Origin: Octopus sinensis
Taxonomy: Eukaryota
Direction: 5' to 3'
NCBI RefSeq assembly: GCF_006345805.1
Contig: NC_042999.1
Coordinates: forward strand, 6,324,001-6,388,000
Length of the DNA stretch: 64,000 bases
Positions 12,148 through 25,300 of this stretch are shown one piece after another. Made by a program: the position numbers and the translations under genes. The notes beneath the pieces are model-generated. The model saw nothing but the letters and a program-made list of their open reading frames with translations, searched no databases and was not told the DNA's origin. Every line of letters starts with the position of its first letter. Positions within the stretch are counted from its first letter, which is position 1.

Positions 12148-13219
12148 AAATATAACAATATCTGTTTCAACACACGACTTCACATAAAAAATCTTGCACA
12201 ACAAATATTTAAACGTATATATATATATATATTTATTTATTTGAAGGCGGTGAGCTGGCAGAAACGTTAGCACGCTGGGCGAAATGCGTTGCCGTATTTC
12301 GTCTGCTGTTACGTTCCGAGTTCAAATTCCGCCGAGGTCGACTTTGCCTTTCATTCTTCCAGGGTCGATAAATTAAGTACCAGTTACGCACTGGGGTCGA
12401 TGTAATCAACTTAATCCCTTTGTCTGTCCTTGTTTGTCTCCTCTGTGTTTGGCCCCTTGTGGGTAGTAAAGAAATATATATATGTGTGTGTGTTAGTGCT
12501 TGGTGGAATCTTCTGGCTTGCTAGCTCCTAACAAACTGTCTGGTCTATGCCAGTGTGGAAGACATATGTTAAATCATCATTGTTTAACGTCCGTTTTCCA
12601 TGCTGGCATGGGTTGGACGCTTTGACTGGGGTCTGAGAAGCTACAAGGCTGCAGCAGGCTCCAGTCTTGATCTGGCAGAGTTTCTACAGCTGGATGACCT
12701 TCCTAATGCCAACCACTCCATGAGTGTAGTGGGTGCTTTTTACGTGCCACCGGCACAGGGGCCAGAGGAGGCTGACATTGACGACGATCGGATGGTGCTT
12801 TTTACATGCCACTAGCATGGAATGATGATGATGATGTATTGTGCTTTTTAAATGCAGCACATTCTCCAGATGACCGCTGCAGTTAATTTGCATTTTGCAA
12901 TGTGTTTACATTACAAATTGATGGTTATTTTAATTTAATACTACTTCTGTTGCATACAACAAATTTTTAATACTGTAATTATTTTGATGATTTGTGCTGG
13001 CAGAATCGTTAGCATGCCAGACAAAATGCTTCGAGGCATTCCACCTATCTACATTTGAGTTCAAATTCTCCCAGGGCTGCCTTTCCCTTTCAGCTTGTTA
13101 AAATAAGTACCAGTTGAGCATTGGGGTTGAAATAATTGACTTGCTCCCTCCCTCACAATTGCTGGCCTTGTGCCAAAATTTGAAACCAATATTTTAATTA
13201 CTTTGATGATTTTAGAGAG

Positions 13220-13670
13220 CAGGGGGTTGCCAAACTTTTTCGACCATCGACCCCCCCCTTTAGCCACCTCTTCTTCTGCATCGACCACCCTCCTCATTTA
13301 AAATATTTTAATACCTTACCATACTGTACCATGTCTTAAATGCGTACTGGGTACTGATGCTGGCAATTAAAACATTAGCTAAAATATACACATACGACAA
13401 ATTAAGAAACTCTATTGAAGATGACACTAAACTTTGAATTTTTATGAAATTGTTTCCATGGTTAGAAAATGTGAAAAATGCATCATATTGCTGGAATATC
13501 TTTTATTGAAATGGACAACATCAATGTGGGGGATGGGCATGGCGCTAAGTATTTCAGGCAGTTCATCTGGGTGAGCTAGTCTTTCGCATGCCAAACCTCC
13601 CCCATTCGACACCCTGTAATTCCCTTCCGACTCCTAGGGGGTCCTTCGGATCCCCTTTCGCGGACCCCTG
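13220..13670. mobile_element. hAT (Charlie-like) MITE
   Basis: CAGGGG...CCCCTG termini with an imperfect 8-bp duplication (ttagagag / ttttagag). Confidence 0.65.
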
Positions 13671-14994
13671 TTTTAGAGCAACCATTTCAAAGATGCCTGT
13701 GTTTCTTAATGCTTATCCTTCCTGCGTTTTAGGCTGTGTTAATTGCAACCTCCTTAAGTTATAATTGTGTCTTAAAAAGAAAGTTACTTGAGCTTTTTAT
13801 CTAGATTCCTATCTCAAGGCTGTTAAGAATGAATAAAAGCAGAATGAGAACACTTACCTGAAAATAACTCCTAATTATTTCTATCCTTATTTTATTCTAC
13901 AACAGATGTGTAAAGCCATTTCAAACCGTTTCATTTCCTATTCTACAAATTGAGTACAATCATCATCATTGTTTAACGTCCGTTTTCCATGCTAGCATGG
14001 GTTGGAAGGTTCGACCGGGATCTGGGAAGCCAGGAGGCTGCACCAGGCTCCAGTCTGATCTGGCAGTGTTTCTACAGCTGGATGCCCTTCCTAACGCCAA
14101 CCACTCCGCGAGTGTAGTGGGTGCTTTTTACGTGCCACCTGCACAGGTGCAAGGGGGGGGGGTCTGGCATTGGCCACGATCAGTTGGTGCTTTTAACATG
14201 CCACCGGCACGGAAGCCAGCCAAGGCGGCGCTGGCATCGGCCAATCTAAAATCTATTTCTTTTTTTTTTTTTATTACCCACATAGAGGGGACAAACAAGG
14301 ACAGACAAACGGATTAAGTCGATTACATTGACCCCCAGTATGTAACTAGTACTTAATTTATCAACCCCAAAAGGATGAAAGGCAAAGTCGACCTCGGCGG
14401 AATTTGAACTCAGAACACAGAGCGGCAGACGAAATACCAGAAAGTATTTCGCCGGCGTGCTAATGTTTCTGCCAGCTCACCGCCTATCTTAAATATAAAT
14501 TCCATTTCTCAATTAGTATTTCTCCTGCTGCTACCTCAACCAAAATAGTATTCTTTTATTAATTTTAGTTGATCAGCCCCAGTTCTTCCAGTTCAGTGCA
14601 TATTCTGTTGGTGTCGGAGGGATTAATGGTAAAGCCTAACTGGGCAGGATAAAACTAGGAATGCAATTATGACCTGACCAAATAATCTATTATGTTTCGC
14701 TTTGATGCTCGACTGATTTCATCATTCACTGCTATGTCTTATGACAGGATGATTGATAATAACAATGTGTAGTTTTTTTACTTGTTTCAGTCTTTAGTCT
14801 ACGGCCATGTTGGGACACTGCTTGAAAAGAATTTTAGTTGAACAAATCGACACCAGTACTTTTTTTTCGTTTTTTTTTTTTTTTTAAGCCAGATACTTAT
14901 TCTATCACTCTTTTGTTGAACGACTAAGTTATTGGTATGGAAACACTCCAACATGGGCTCTCAAGTGGTAGTGGGACAAACACTATATATATAT

Positions 14995-15380
14995 CATCAT
15001 CATTTAACGTCCGCCTTCCATGCTGGCATGGGTTGGACGGTTTGACTGGGGTCTGGTAAGCCATGGAGGCTGCACCAGGTTCCAGTCTAATCTGGCAGTG
15101 TTTCTACAGCTAAATGCTCTTCCTAACGCCAACCACTCTGTGAGTGTAGTGGGTGCTTTTTATGTGCCACCGGCACAGGGGCCAGAGCAGGCTGTCAAAC
15201 GGCTACGATTGGTTGGTGCTTTTACATGTCACCGACACGGACGCCAGTCAGGCGACGCTGGCATCTGCCACGTTCGGACGGTGCTTTTTACGTGTCACTG
15301 GCACTGGTGTCTTAACTACAATTTCCATTTGATTTTTATTTTGATGTTGGTGTTGACGTACTTGACTCAATAGGTCTCCT
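14995..15380 (-). mobile_element. RTE 3'-UTR fragment
   Basis: Homologous to 58850-59281, with the (CAT)n tail on the left. Confidence 0.9.
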
Positions 15381-15396
15381 ATATATATATATATAT

Positions 15397-15845
15397 GAAA
15401 TGACTAGAGACCGAGACCTATGGAAGCATGCTGTGCGTGAGAAGACCCGGCAGGACAAGTGAGGCCATAATCCCGTGGCCTACACCTGGGATGTAGCCAG
15501 CCCACTTATGCATTCCTTTCCTTCTTGGGACTCAAAACTCCACTTGTGAAGACCTGTTGAGGCAAGTGAAGATCAAAATCAAAACCGTGATCTATCAACA
15601 TCAATGGAATTTGTAGCTGTGATACCAGTGCCGGTGGCACGTAAGAGAACCATCCGAACGTGGCCATAGCCAGCGCCGCCTGACTGGCCTCCGTGCCGGT
15701 GGCACGTAAAAAGCACCATCCGATCGTGGCGTTAGGAAGGGCATCCAGCTGTAGAAACACTGCCAGATCAGACTGGAGCCTGGTGCAGCCCTCTGACTTC
15801 GCAGAAAACGGACGTTAAACGATGATGATGATGATGATGATGATA
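15397..15845 (+). mobile_element. RTE 3' fragment including the last ORF codons
   Basis: GAAATGACTAGAGACCGAG...CCCGGCAGGACAAGTGAG is nearly identical to the LINE at about 58710-58776; (GAT)n tail. Confidence 0.92.
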
Positions 15846-16512
15846 GGCTTCTTTCAGTTTCCATCTACCAAATCTCCTAATAAGGCTTTCATCAACCTGA
15901 GGTTACAGTAGCAGGCACTTGCCCCAGGTGCTACACAGTGGAACTGAACCTGGAACCATGTGTCTGGAAAGCAAGCTTCTTACCACATACACATGTCTAT
16001 AGAATATTTATTTATTCACTCTGAATGTTATATATACACTGATATTTTAAGTGTGCATTTTATTGTATGAGTGATAAACATTAAGTGTAACATAATTACT
16101 TCCTGTAATTAGCATATTGCTCTTACCTTTGTAACAGCTGGCCATTTTATTGGAGAATAACATTATTTTAATTTATATGATTAATTAAATGTGTAACACT
16201 ATCTCTAATTGTGCATTATCAACAACATCAGGAAATACCTTCTCTGAAGAATCTAAGGTTTTAGTGTCATGAAAGTTTGGTTACTTTCGTTGAGATATTC
16301 TTACAAATCTTCTTAGAATTTACTTTTAATCCTAATTCTTTATTAAGACTTTTGTATAATTTTATTTATTTGATAGTCAGACCCAATCATTGTTTGTGAT
16401 AATACTGGAATAGTTGAAGCAATAGTTTTTTTTTGTACCTCCGCCAATTACTGTTGTGGTACATTTACCACAACAGTAATTAGAAAACCTTATGAGTAAT
16501 ATTTGGCATTTA

Positions 16513-16554
<42 letters not shown>

Positions 16555-17021
16555 GTTTAACGTCCGTTTTCCGCGCTAGCACGGGTTGGACGGTTTCGAC
16601 CGGGGTCTGGGGAGCAAGGGACTGCTCCAGTCTAGTCTGGCAGAGTTTCTACAGCTGGATGCCCTTCCTAACGCCAACCACTCCGCGAGTGTAGTGGGTG
16701 TTTTTTACGTGCCACCTGCACAGGTGCCAGAGGGGTCTGGCTCGGCCACGTTCGGATGGTGCTTTTTTTATGTGGGGGGGGTGCAGAAATATAGGGGAGC
16801 ACCAGTGGGGAGGGGTGGTTCAGAGAAATGATGACAGGTTCTAGGCAAGTAGAACGTAGGATATCAAGAGAGGGGTAATGCATGGTGAAATAGCGTATTG
16901 AAGAGGGGGGTTCGAAGAGTAGACACCTATTATGGTGGTGGGAGAAGCGACATCCGGGATGGATGGAGCAAAATATAGAGATATCCAGTATTGGTGGTGG
17001 GGGTGGGCAGGGCGGGTGCAC

Positions 17022-17592
17022 CGCGAATACACGATGGTTGATGAATACACGAGAGGCGAGATGGGTAATGGATAAATTAGTTAAAATAATTAGATAGATA
17101 TAGAAATTAGTTAAAATAGTTAGATAGATAAGAAGCATGTATGATTGATGGGGAAGTGAATAATAAATAAGCATTCAACTTATCTGTTAGATGAATGAAT
17201 GAATGTAAGAGCAGAAGTTTGGGGCTGCGGTTTTTTTTTTTTTAAATAAAGATTGTCCGGAGTAAGAAGGCGCGAATACACGATGGTTGATGAATACACG
17301 AGAGGCGAGATGGGTAATGGATAAATTAGTTAAAATAATTAGATAGATATAGAAATTAGTTTAAAATAGTTAGATAGATAAGAAAGCATGTATGATTGAT
17401 GGGGAAGTGAAATAATAAATAAGCATTCAACTTATCTGTTAGATGAATGAATGAATGTAAGAGCAGAAGTTTGGGGCTGCGGTTTTTTTTTTTTTAAATA
17501 AAGATTGTCCGGAGTAAGAAGGCGCGAATACACGATGGTTGATGAATACACGAGAGGCGAGATGGGTAATGGATAAATTAGTTAAAATAATT
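17022..17592. repeat. Tandem repeat, about 250-bp unit, 2.3 copies
   Basis: Units start with cgcgaatacacgatgg at 17022, 17271 and 17523. Confidence 0.92.
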
Positions 17593-17999
17593 GCGTTAGA
17601 ATAATATATGTCAGATGTTCATGGACAGAAATGGATTGGAATTTAGCAGCATAAAATCTGTTGGAAAGGGTTATCTCAAAATAACTTATGGTCTGAGATT
17701 TGAATTTATGGGCGTCTCAAAAGTTGACTCTTACTGGTGAAGTTTTTTCTTTCTCGTTCTTCATAGCTTGGCACAGAATCTTCTCTGAAGTTTGTATGCA
17801 TGTGTAGGATTTCTTTGCTGCCTTACTAAATTATTTCACTTATTGTTTACCTACTTTTTTAATCATGTAGTTCAGTGGTTGGACTAACAAAGAGGGCAGT
17901 GAGTTCAGTTCCTTTTAGAGACAAAAAAAAATGCATAACATCCATTTATTATCTCTACCTTCTGCAATAAACTCTCTGTGTATGAGGAGAATAATGTGG

Positions 18000-18368
18000 A
18001 ACAAGAGCACTGAGAGAGCGCCAGCCTCCATCAAGGTAACACCAAAGTCCTCTCAACGATAGGCAAGAGATGATTTTTGAAATGAGAAAATCTGAAATAA
18101 ACTTGAGTGCTCTCACAAACGAGAATACTGAAAACGAACCCGATCACTCTAAAAAAATTAAGCAAAAAAAAAACAGGAAAAATAATCCAGAATCCTTGTC
18201 GGGTACCAGATTGATCCCAAAATTTAATCAGTTTGTGCCAGTCACAAGACCAAGCATCCTTGAAGATTTCATTTGAATCCATCCAGTGGTTCTTGAGATA
18301 TCTTGTACACGGACAAACAAACGTGACTGAAAACAATACCTCCGCCTTCGCTAAGGCGGAAGTAATAA
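18000..18368. mobile_element. Non-autonomous Helentron/Helitron2-like element
   Basis: AACAAGAGCAC at one end and ACCTCCGCCTTCGCTAAGGCGGAAGTAATAA (hairpin) at the other, resembling Helentron-associated element termini. Confidence 0.5.
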
Positions 18369-18646
18369 TGTAGAAACGAGTGATGGCTTAGAAAATCTGA
18401 TGGGGAAACAGTCTACTTGAAAAAGCAAAAACAAAACTTTGTAATAGCTGTAAGTTATATTTAGTAAACGCTACAGATGATATATCATTCCAATTATGCC
18501 CTCTCCCCTTGAAAAATGCATTCAGGGAAGGAATGTCTAAATTACGTTCAGTACTGTGTAATATGCAGTGTGAGTGTGTATGTACACACACACACACACA
18601 CTGCAATGTTTGAAATGTATTATTGTGTATATTGGAAATATGTATA

Positions 18647-19159
18647 TCTTTATATATAAAAGTGAGGTTGTGTGTCTGTCTCCTACGATTTAGATTCCTA
18701 ACTCCTCCCACATTTTGCGGTGCAGTTTAACCAAATTCGGGTATCTTATAGTCGTGATTAATATCGAGCCCGTCTGGCTATTAGCGTGCATCTATGATGA
18801 GTCTACAATTTTAAAAATAATTTAACATCATTTTTTATTCCATTTTAATGCATAATTTTTCGTGTGTCGATGGCGGCGGAGTTGGCGTCCACGCTCAAAC
18901 ACCTGCACCTGTGTTTGCTTCTCCCCCTTCTTCCCTCCCTCGTGAAGCTGTGGGGAAGGGAGTTTAAGGAAATCAACGTTGTAATGCGTTGTCAAGGAGA
19001 CCAGCGTTCTTTTAGAACAACGACTTCATGGCTTGAAGACACCAAAACAGAAATGGCTAAGAAAGCCCGAATTGGCATCTATAAGGGAAGTAATTCTCTA
19101 AAAATGCTTATATAGTTATTTCCCTTACAAACCCGAGCAACGCCGGGCGATACTGCTAG
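18647..19159 (+). mobile_element. Non-autonomous Helitron, copy 1
   Basis: A|TC 5' end, subterminal hairpin CCCGAGCAACGCCGGG, CTAG 3' end. Confidence 0.88.
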
Positions 19160-19549
19160 TCTTTATATATAAAAGTAAGGTTGTGTGCTGTCTGTCTCCT
19201 ACGATTTAGATTCCTAACTACTCCCACATTTTGCGGTGCAGTTTAACGACTATCTTATAGTCGTGATTCATATCGAGCCCTTCTGGGTATTAGCGCGCGT
19301 CTACGATGAGTCTACAATTTTAAAAAAAATTTACCATCAATTTTTCCCATTTTTAATGCATTTTTGGCATATATAAGGGAAGTAACTCTCTAAAAATTTA
19401 TTATTAAATCTCAGAACGTAAAAAGCTACAGTAACACCCCCCCCCTTGTGGTTAGCCATATTGAGATGGCTATTATACTTTACATCTCTAAAATTGCTTA
19501 TATAGTTATTTCCCTTACAAACCCGAGCAACGCCGGGCGATACTGCTGG
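19160..19549 (+). mobile_element. Non-autonomous Helitron, copy 2 (head-to-tail with copy 1)
   Basis: TC start, same hairpin, CTGG|T end; internal structure differs from copy 1. Confidence 0.85.
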
Positions 19550-20053
19550 TTGTATATGAAAATTGTAATATATTTTACATGGAGACTCATTTATGTTAAC
19601 CAAAGGAAATATATGTAGGGAACAATATATTGAATAAAATTTGTATAGTGTGTGTGTGTGTTTCACTGTAACAGCTTTATATATATAGGGCATATCATAA
19701 TGATAGATTCTATTTATGAGTATGGAGAACATGCAATATTGGTTAATTGACAAAATATACTTTTAATTAATGAACTTTAATCTAACATGGCAATTTCTGA
19801 TGTCATTGTCATCATTGTTGTAAAACATCTGTACCAGATACATGCAATTTATGTTAATATGAATGTAATAATTGAATACCAGTTTCAGATTATTTCTTTG
19901 AAAATACTCTCATTTTTGACAGCATGAGTATAATAGTTGAAAAATGAATTTGATTTTGTGATTTGCCAACAGGGCAACTACAAAATACACTGATAGCTTA
20001 ATTTAGAAGGAGTTATCTTTTTCGCAGTGGTCGGATGGGTCAAAGGAGTTCTC

Positions 20054-20166
20054 CCCCTACTAACAGGTCCTTTCTGTTTTCTTTCACACACAGATAAATT
20101 TTTCACTATAGACCTTAATGGTCATAAAGACCCTATATCAGTGGATAGACTAAAAAGAAGGCCTTC
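20054..20166 (+). pseudogene. Ty3/Gypsy integrase C-terminal (GPF/Y motif) relic
   Basis: PLLTGPFCFLSHTDKFFTIDLNGHKDPISVDRLK matches the P.Y.GPF.V....K.FTI..NG..D.VS.DRLK pattern. Confidence 0.7.
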
Positions 20167-20702
20167 ATTGAGAAAACTGTCCCTGTTCCCACTGCAGACG
20201 ACACACACACACACTCAGTATTACAAACATGACCCGCACACCCACCTTCACATTCTGTGACTACCATTGGGATCAATCAGGTACCGGACAAGGATTCTGG
20301 ATTATTTTCCCTGTTTCTTTCCATTTGTGAGAGCAGTTGAGTTTATTTCAGATATTCTCATTTTAAAAATCCTCTCCGGTTAAACGTTGGGAGGACATTG
20401 GTGTTGCCTTGGCAGAGGTTTGTGCTCTATGAGTGCTCTTATCATCATCATCATCATCATTATTATTGGCAAAGTAGTGAGCTAGCAGAATTGTTAAAAT
20501 ACCAGGTAATGTACTTAGCAGCATTTTGTCAATCTTTACGTTCTGAGTTCAAATACTGGTGAGGTCGACCTCAAATTTCATCCTCTTGGAATTGATAAAA
20601 TAAGGACCAGGTCAGCACTGGGGTCAATATAATCAACTTGTCTCCAGAAATTGCTGGCTTTGTGCCAGAATTTGAAACCATTATTATTATTATTATTATT
20701 AT

Positions 20703-21260
20703 GTGAGAGAGCAGTGCATGCCATCAAAGTGACACTGGGGTACAAATATACGAAGCCCAGTATACCCATCATGACTACCCGTCTGATAAGGGTACATTAG
20801 GCACATGCATCACAACCATGTGTGCATGACATGGTGATCTCGTATCAAGATAAACTGTGCATCACCTTGCAGTTGGGGTCTAGTTAGAATTTTCTTCAGG
20901 TCGAGTAACCCATCCCGCTCAAACGGTCCCTGAATAAGGGTTGTTTAAGGATGTTGAACGAACCACTCATGTTTCCAAAGGTGAATTATTCAAACCCCAA
21001 AGAATCCCTCTCAACACATGGCTATGATGCTTCCCTGCTACTTCTGTTCGTGATCAGAGATGCACATATCGTCAGCCACTAAGGGACATGCTCAACTGAT
21101 TAAGGTCAAACAACTGACAAGCAAATCTGTGGTATTGAGCAGAATATTTGCTGTAGCCCATCTTTTATACAAAGACAAAACAATGTACATGATAACACTT
21201 CCAATCAGTTAAGATCAGAAGCCATGAGAGCCAATGCCTGGTACTACATCAAGGCATATT
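20703..21260. repeat. Unclassified interspersed repeat fragment
   Basis: More GC/CpG-rich than the flanks and bounded by (TTA)n tracts. Family not identified. Confidence 0.4.
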
Positions 21261-21856
21261 ATTATTAAGGTAGATCCACTTCATATTCTTTATATAATTT
21301 GTAGTTTTAAGGAAAATCTTAAATGTTTACCACTTCTGTCTTTCAAAGAATACAGGCATATGGTGTAAGAGCACAGTCTACTAACCCCAAGATTCCAGGC
21401 AGTGACCTGAATAATAATAATAATCTTATATTTTGTTGCTATGGAAGAAATAATTACCTTTTGTAGTCAACAAGCAGATCACATGGTTGGCATTAGAGAA
21501 TTTAGTATTGTAGGGATTAAATTTGATAATTCTTCCAAGATGGTTACAACTTCTCATTCTCTCAGAATTTGTAAAATTTGTTTTAGAGCATTTTATGTAT
21601 TTTGTTTGTAATCTTGTGACATTATAACTACCAATATTGTCTGGTTTCTTCTTTAAATAGTTTGTCTTTCTCACAATCACTGGAACTCCGTTGCTTATGA
21701 CATTGAGTGTTCCAGTTGATCTGATCAGCGGAACATCTTGCTCATGAAATAATTATCGTGTAAGTGGTTGAGCACTCCACAGACATGTGTACCCTTAACA
21801 GTTTTCAGAGGGATTCAGAATGACTTAGAATGTGATAAGGTTGGCCCTTTGTAGTA

Positions 21857-22359
21857 CAGTAATCCCTCGACTATTGCGTGTGTTACATTCCAAAACCTCC
21901 CACAGAAATAATTAAAATCTAAAAAAATATAAATACCTATCGGCTGCAGAAACCTGCGATATAAATTTACATATATTCATCATCCAGTGTTTTAAATCTG
22001 GGTTTTGTCCCCGTTAACGGGGGTGGCTGGATCTACCTCAATGCCATAGCAACTGAGTTAGGTTGGTGCAGCCTACCCCAACCTTTAGGCTGGCTGGTGC
22101 CTATTCTCCCTTGCTATCACGAGGTGTTTTTGGAGCTGGATTTTCTACGGGGAGCATGCCTTTGCTTATTCCCAACCTCAGTTTCTAGACCAAGGCCTCT
22201 ACCACAATTTTTAAGAAATGTGGTGGAAAACTAGCTCAGGAAGGCAGGGATGCTACTTCCTGAAACCCCTTTCGGAGCCCCTCTACATATATTAGCCAGA
22301 AAAATCCGCTATGTACTGAGTGTGCGATAGGTGAACCGCGATATGGCAAGGGGTTACTG
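21857..22359 (+). mobile_element. Tc1/pogo-type MITE carrying a nested retroposon
   Basis: TA|CAGTAATCCCTCG ... CAAGGGGTTACTG|TA. Confidence 0.85.
21978..22283 (-). mobile_element. Short RTE-tailed retroposon with a 10-bp TSD (TACATATATT)
   Basis: TSD at 21968-21977 and 22284-22293; its 3' end matches the RTE 3' end at 26459-26533. Confidence 0.85.
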
Positions 22360-25300
22360 TACAGGTACAACTCATTTTTGCTAGCTGAGTCGACTGGAGC
22401 AACATGAAATAAAGTGTCTTGCTCAAGGACACAATGGTTCACTGAGTGTTAACCCATGCAGTCTTGAGCCAAATGCCCTAACCACTTATCCTTCACAAAG
22501 TTAATTACTCTTGCTCTAAAAATACAGAAATCGGTTGAGCTATGAAAGCTCAGAGCAGAGAAACCTTTCAATCATAGTAATTTACATTGAAGACATCATC
22601 ATCATTTAGTGTCCGTTATCCTTGGGTTTGGACAGTTTGACTGAGCTGGCACACTGGAAGGCTGCACCAGGCTCCTGTCTGATTCGGCATGGTTTTCTAC
22701 GGCTGGATGCCCTTCCTAACGCCAACCACTCCGAGAGTGTAGTGGGTGCTTTTACGTAACACCGACATGGGTGCCATTTGCGTGACTCCTTATGATAATC
22801 AGAGCAAACTGATTAAGCATTATTTTAGTTATGAAAGTGTGACTAAACAGAAATTAAAGTTAAAATCACGAGAAAACACTGAAATCATTCGAGTAATTGA
22901 GGAGGGACTCAAAATGTCATCCTATTACAAATTCAAGTAATGTTTCTCTGTCCGTTATGTTTTTACGTTTCATGTCGGTGACATGTAAAAGCACCAACCG
23001 ATCGTGGCCGTTTACCAGTCTCCTCTGGCCCCTGTGCTGGTGGCACATAAATTGCACCCACTACACTCATGGAGTGGTTGGCGTTAGGAAGAGCATCCAG
23101 CTGTAGAAACACTGCCAAATCAGACTGGAGCCTGGTGCAGCCTCCTGACTTCCCAGACCCCGGTCGAACTGTGCAACCCATACCAGCAGGGAAAACAGAC
23201 GATAAACAATGATGATAATTCCTAGATCGTTAGTGCAAAGACAATCAAACTCAAACCAGCAACTCCCCTAATCCCAGGGAATGTTCGAAATGGAGGAGGG
23301 TCTTTTTTAAGGGCCACCTAATTGGAGCCTCACTGACCCCCTATTTTTACTGCATTTTAAACTAAATACATAGCATTGATGCCCAAATTGGAGCAATGAC
23401 AATGAATTTCATACCATGAACTCCCAGGGGGTATTGTAAGGCGGTTCAATTTCGGAAGGGCCACTTAAATGGGGCTCTGTTGACCCCACTATTTTTACTG
23501 CATTTACCTCACTCCTACGCTTTTTTAAAAATTTATGATCAGCATCAGTGCTTTGCACATTTTGCAGAAATAAGGTTGGGCATTCTAAATACCTTCCTGT
23601 ACATTCAAATTGAGATAAAGAGTTATAACAGGTACGTTTCAAGTGGGGTTGGGTGGATTATTTTGTAATTTATGAAACTTAAGTCTAGTATAGAAAACAT
23701 TCTCAGTAGAGGTAGGGTAAATATTTCCAAGAGGCCAGCCTATCCCATTTGAATGTGCTTCCCAGTGACATATCAGGGGCATGATTCAGCATTGCTTTTA
23801 AAGAAGCTCTCAGGAAGTCAATGGATAATATGTAAAAATCAATTACGACATTTGAGGAATTGGAAGAAACCTATAACAATAATTAGCTTTTAATATGGAC
23901 GGCGAGCTCGCAGAATCGTTAGCATGTTGGGCGAAATGCTTAGCGGTATTTCGGCTGCCGTTACATTCTGAGTTCAAATTCCGCCGAGGTCGACTTTGCC
24001 TTTCATCTTTTCGGGGGTCGATAAATTAAGTACCAGTTATGTACTGGGGTTGATGTAATTGACTTAATCCCTTTGTTTGTCCCCTCTATGTTTAGCCCCC
24101 TGTGGGCAATAAAGCAATAAATAACTAGCTTTTACTGGTTTCAGTCATTAACCTGTGGCCATGCTGGGGCATCGCCTTGAAGAACTTTAGTTGAATTAAT
24201 CAACCCCAGTGATTTTTTTTCTGAGCCTGGTACTTATTCTATTTGTCTCTTGCTGAACTGTTCAGTTACAGGGACATAAACATACCAACACCTGTTATCA
24301 AGTGGTGGTAGGACCACACACACATGACAGGCTTCTTTCAGTTTCAGTCTACCAAATCCATTCCCAAGGCTTTGGTTGTCCCAGGTCTGTAGTAGAAGAC
24401 ACTTGCCCGAGGTGCCATGCCGTGGGACTGAACTTGGAACCATGTGGTTGGGAAGCAAATTTTGGAGTCTTTGTGGTTTTCGTCACTGTTTACAATTATC
24501 GTTAAGAAATTTTTTTAATGTATCATAAAGAGGCGCAATGGCCCAGTGGTTAGGGCAGCGGACTTGCGGTCGGAGGATCGCGGTTTCGATTCCCAGACTG
24601 GGCGTTGTGTGTGTTTATTGAGCGAAAACACCTAAAAGCTCCACGAGGCTCCGGCAGGGGATGGTGGTGATCCCTGCTGTACTCTTTCACCACTCTAAAG
24701 GCGGTGCTCCAGCATGGCCGCAGTCAAATGACTGAAACAAGTACAAAAAAAAAAATATATAATTTTTAACGTTGAATCTGAATTTGTTATTCATTTATTC
24801 CAGAAAAGTTTTGCAAATAATGTTACAGGTGTTCAAAGTTTGATAATTTTCATAATTTTCGGCCAATCAGAAAACAGCACATTCACTGCCTCTTTCATCA
24901 TCTGGGCTGGGGTGTAGGGGGGGGCATCAGCATGTCCAAACATTAAACTAGCCACATGAGCAAATTAAATATCTAAAAGCTGCGAACAAACAAACCAACA
25001 GGAGTTGCTAGAAATAAGTCAAAGCATTAAAATATACACGAGCAAAGTTAATATTAAAACATTTGGAAGCAGGAGTGGCTGTTGTGATAAGTAGCTTGCT
25101 AACCAACTACATGGTTGCGGGTTCAGTCCCACTGCGTGGCATCTTGGGCAAGTGTCTTCTGCTATAGCCCCGGGCCGACCAATGCCTTGTGAGTGGATTT
25201 GGTAGACAGAAACTGAAAGAAGCCTGTCGTATATATGTATATTTATATATATGTGTGTGTATGTGTTTGTGTGTCTGTGTTTGTCCCCCTAGCATTGCTT

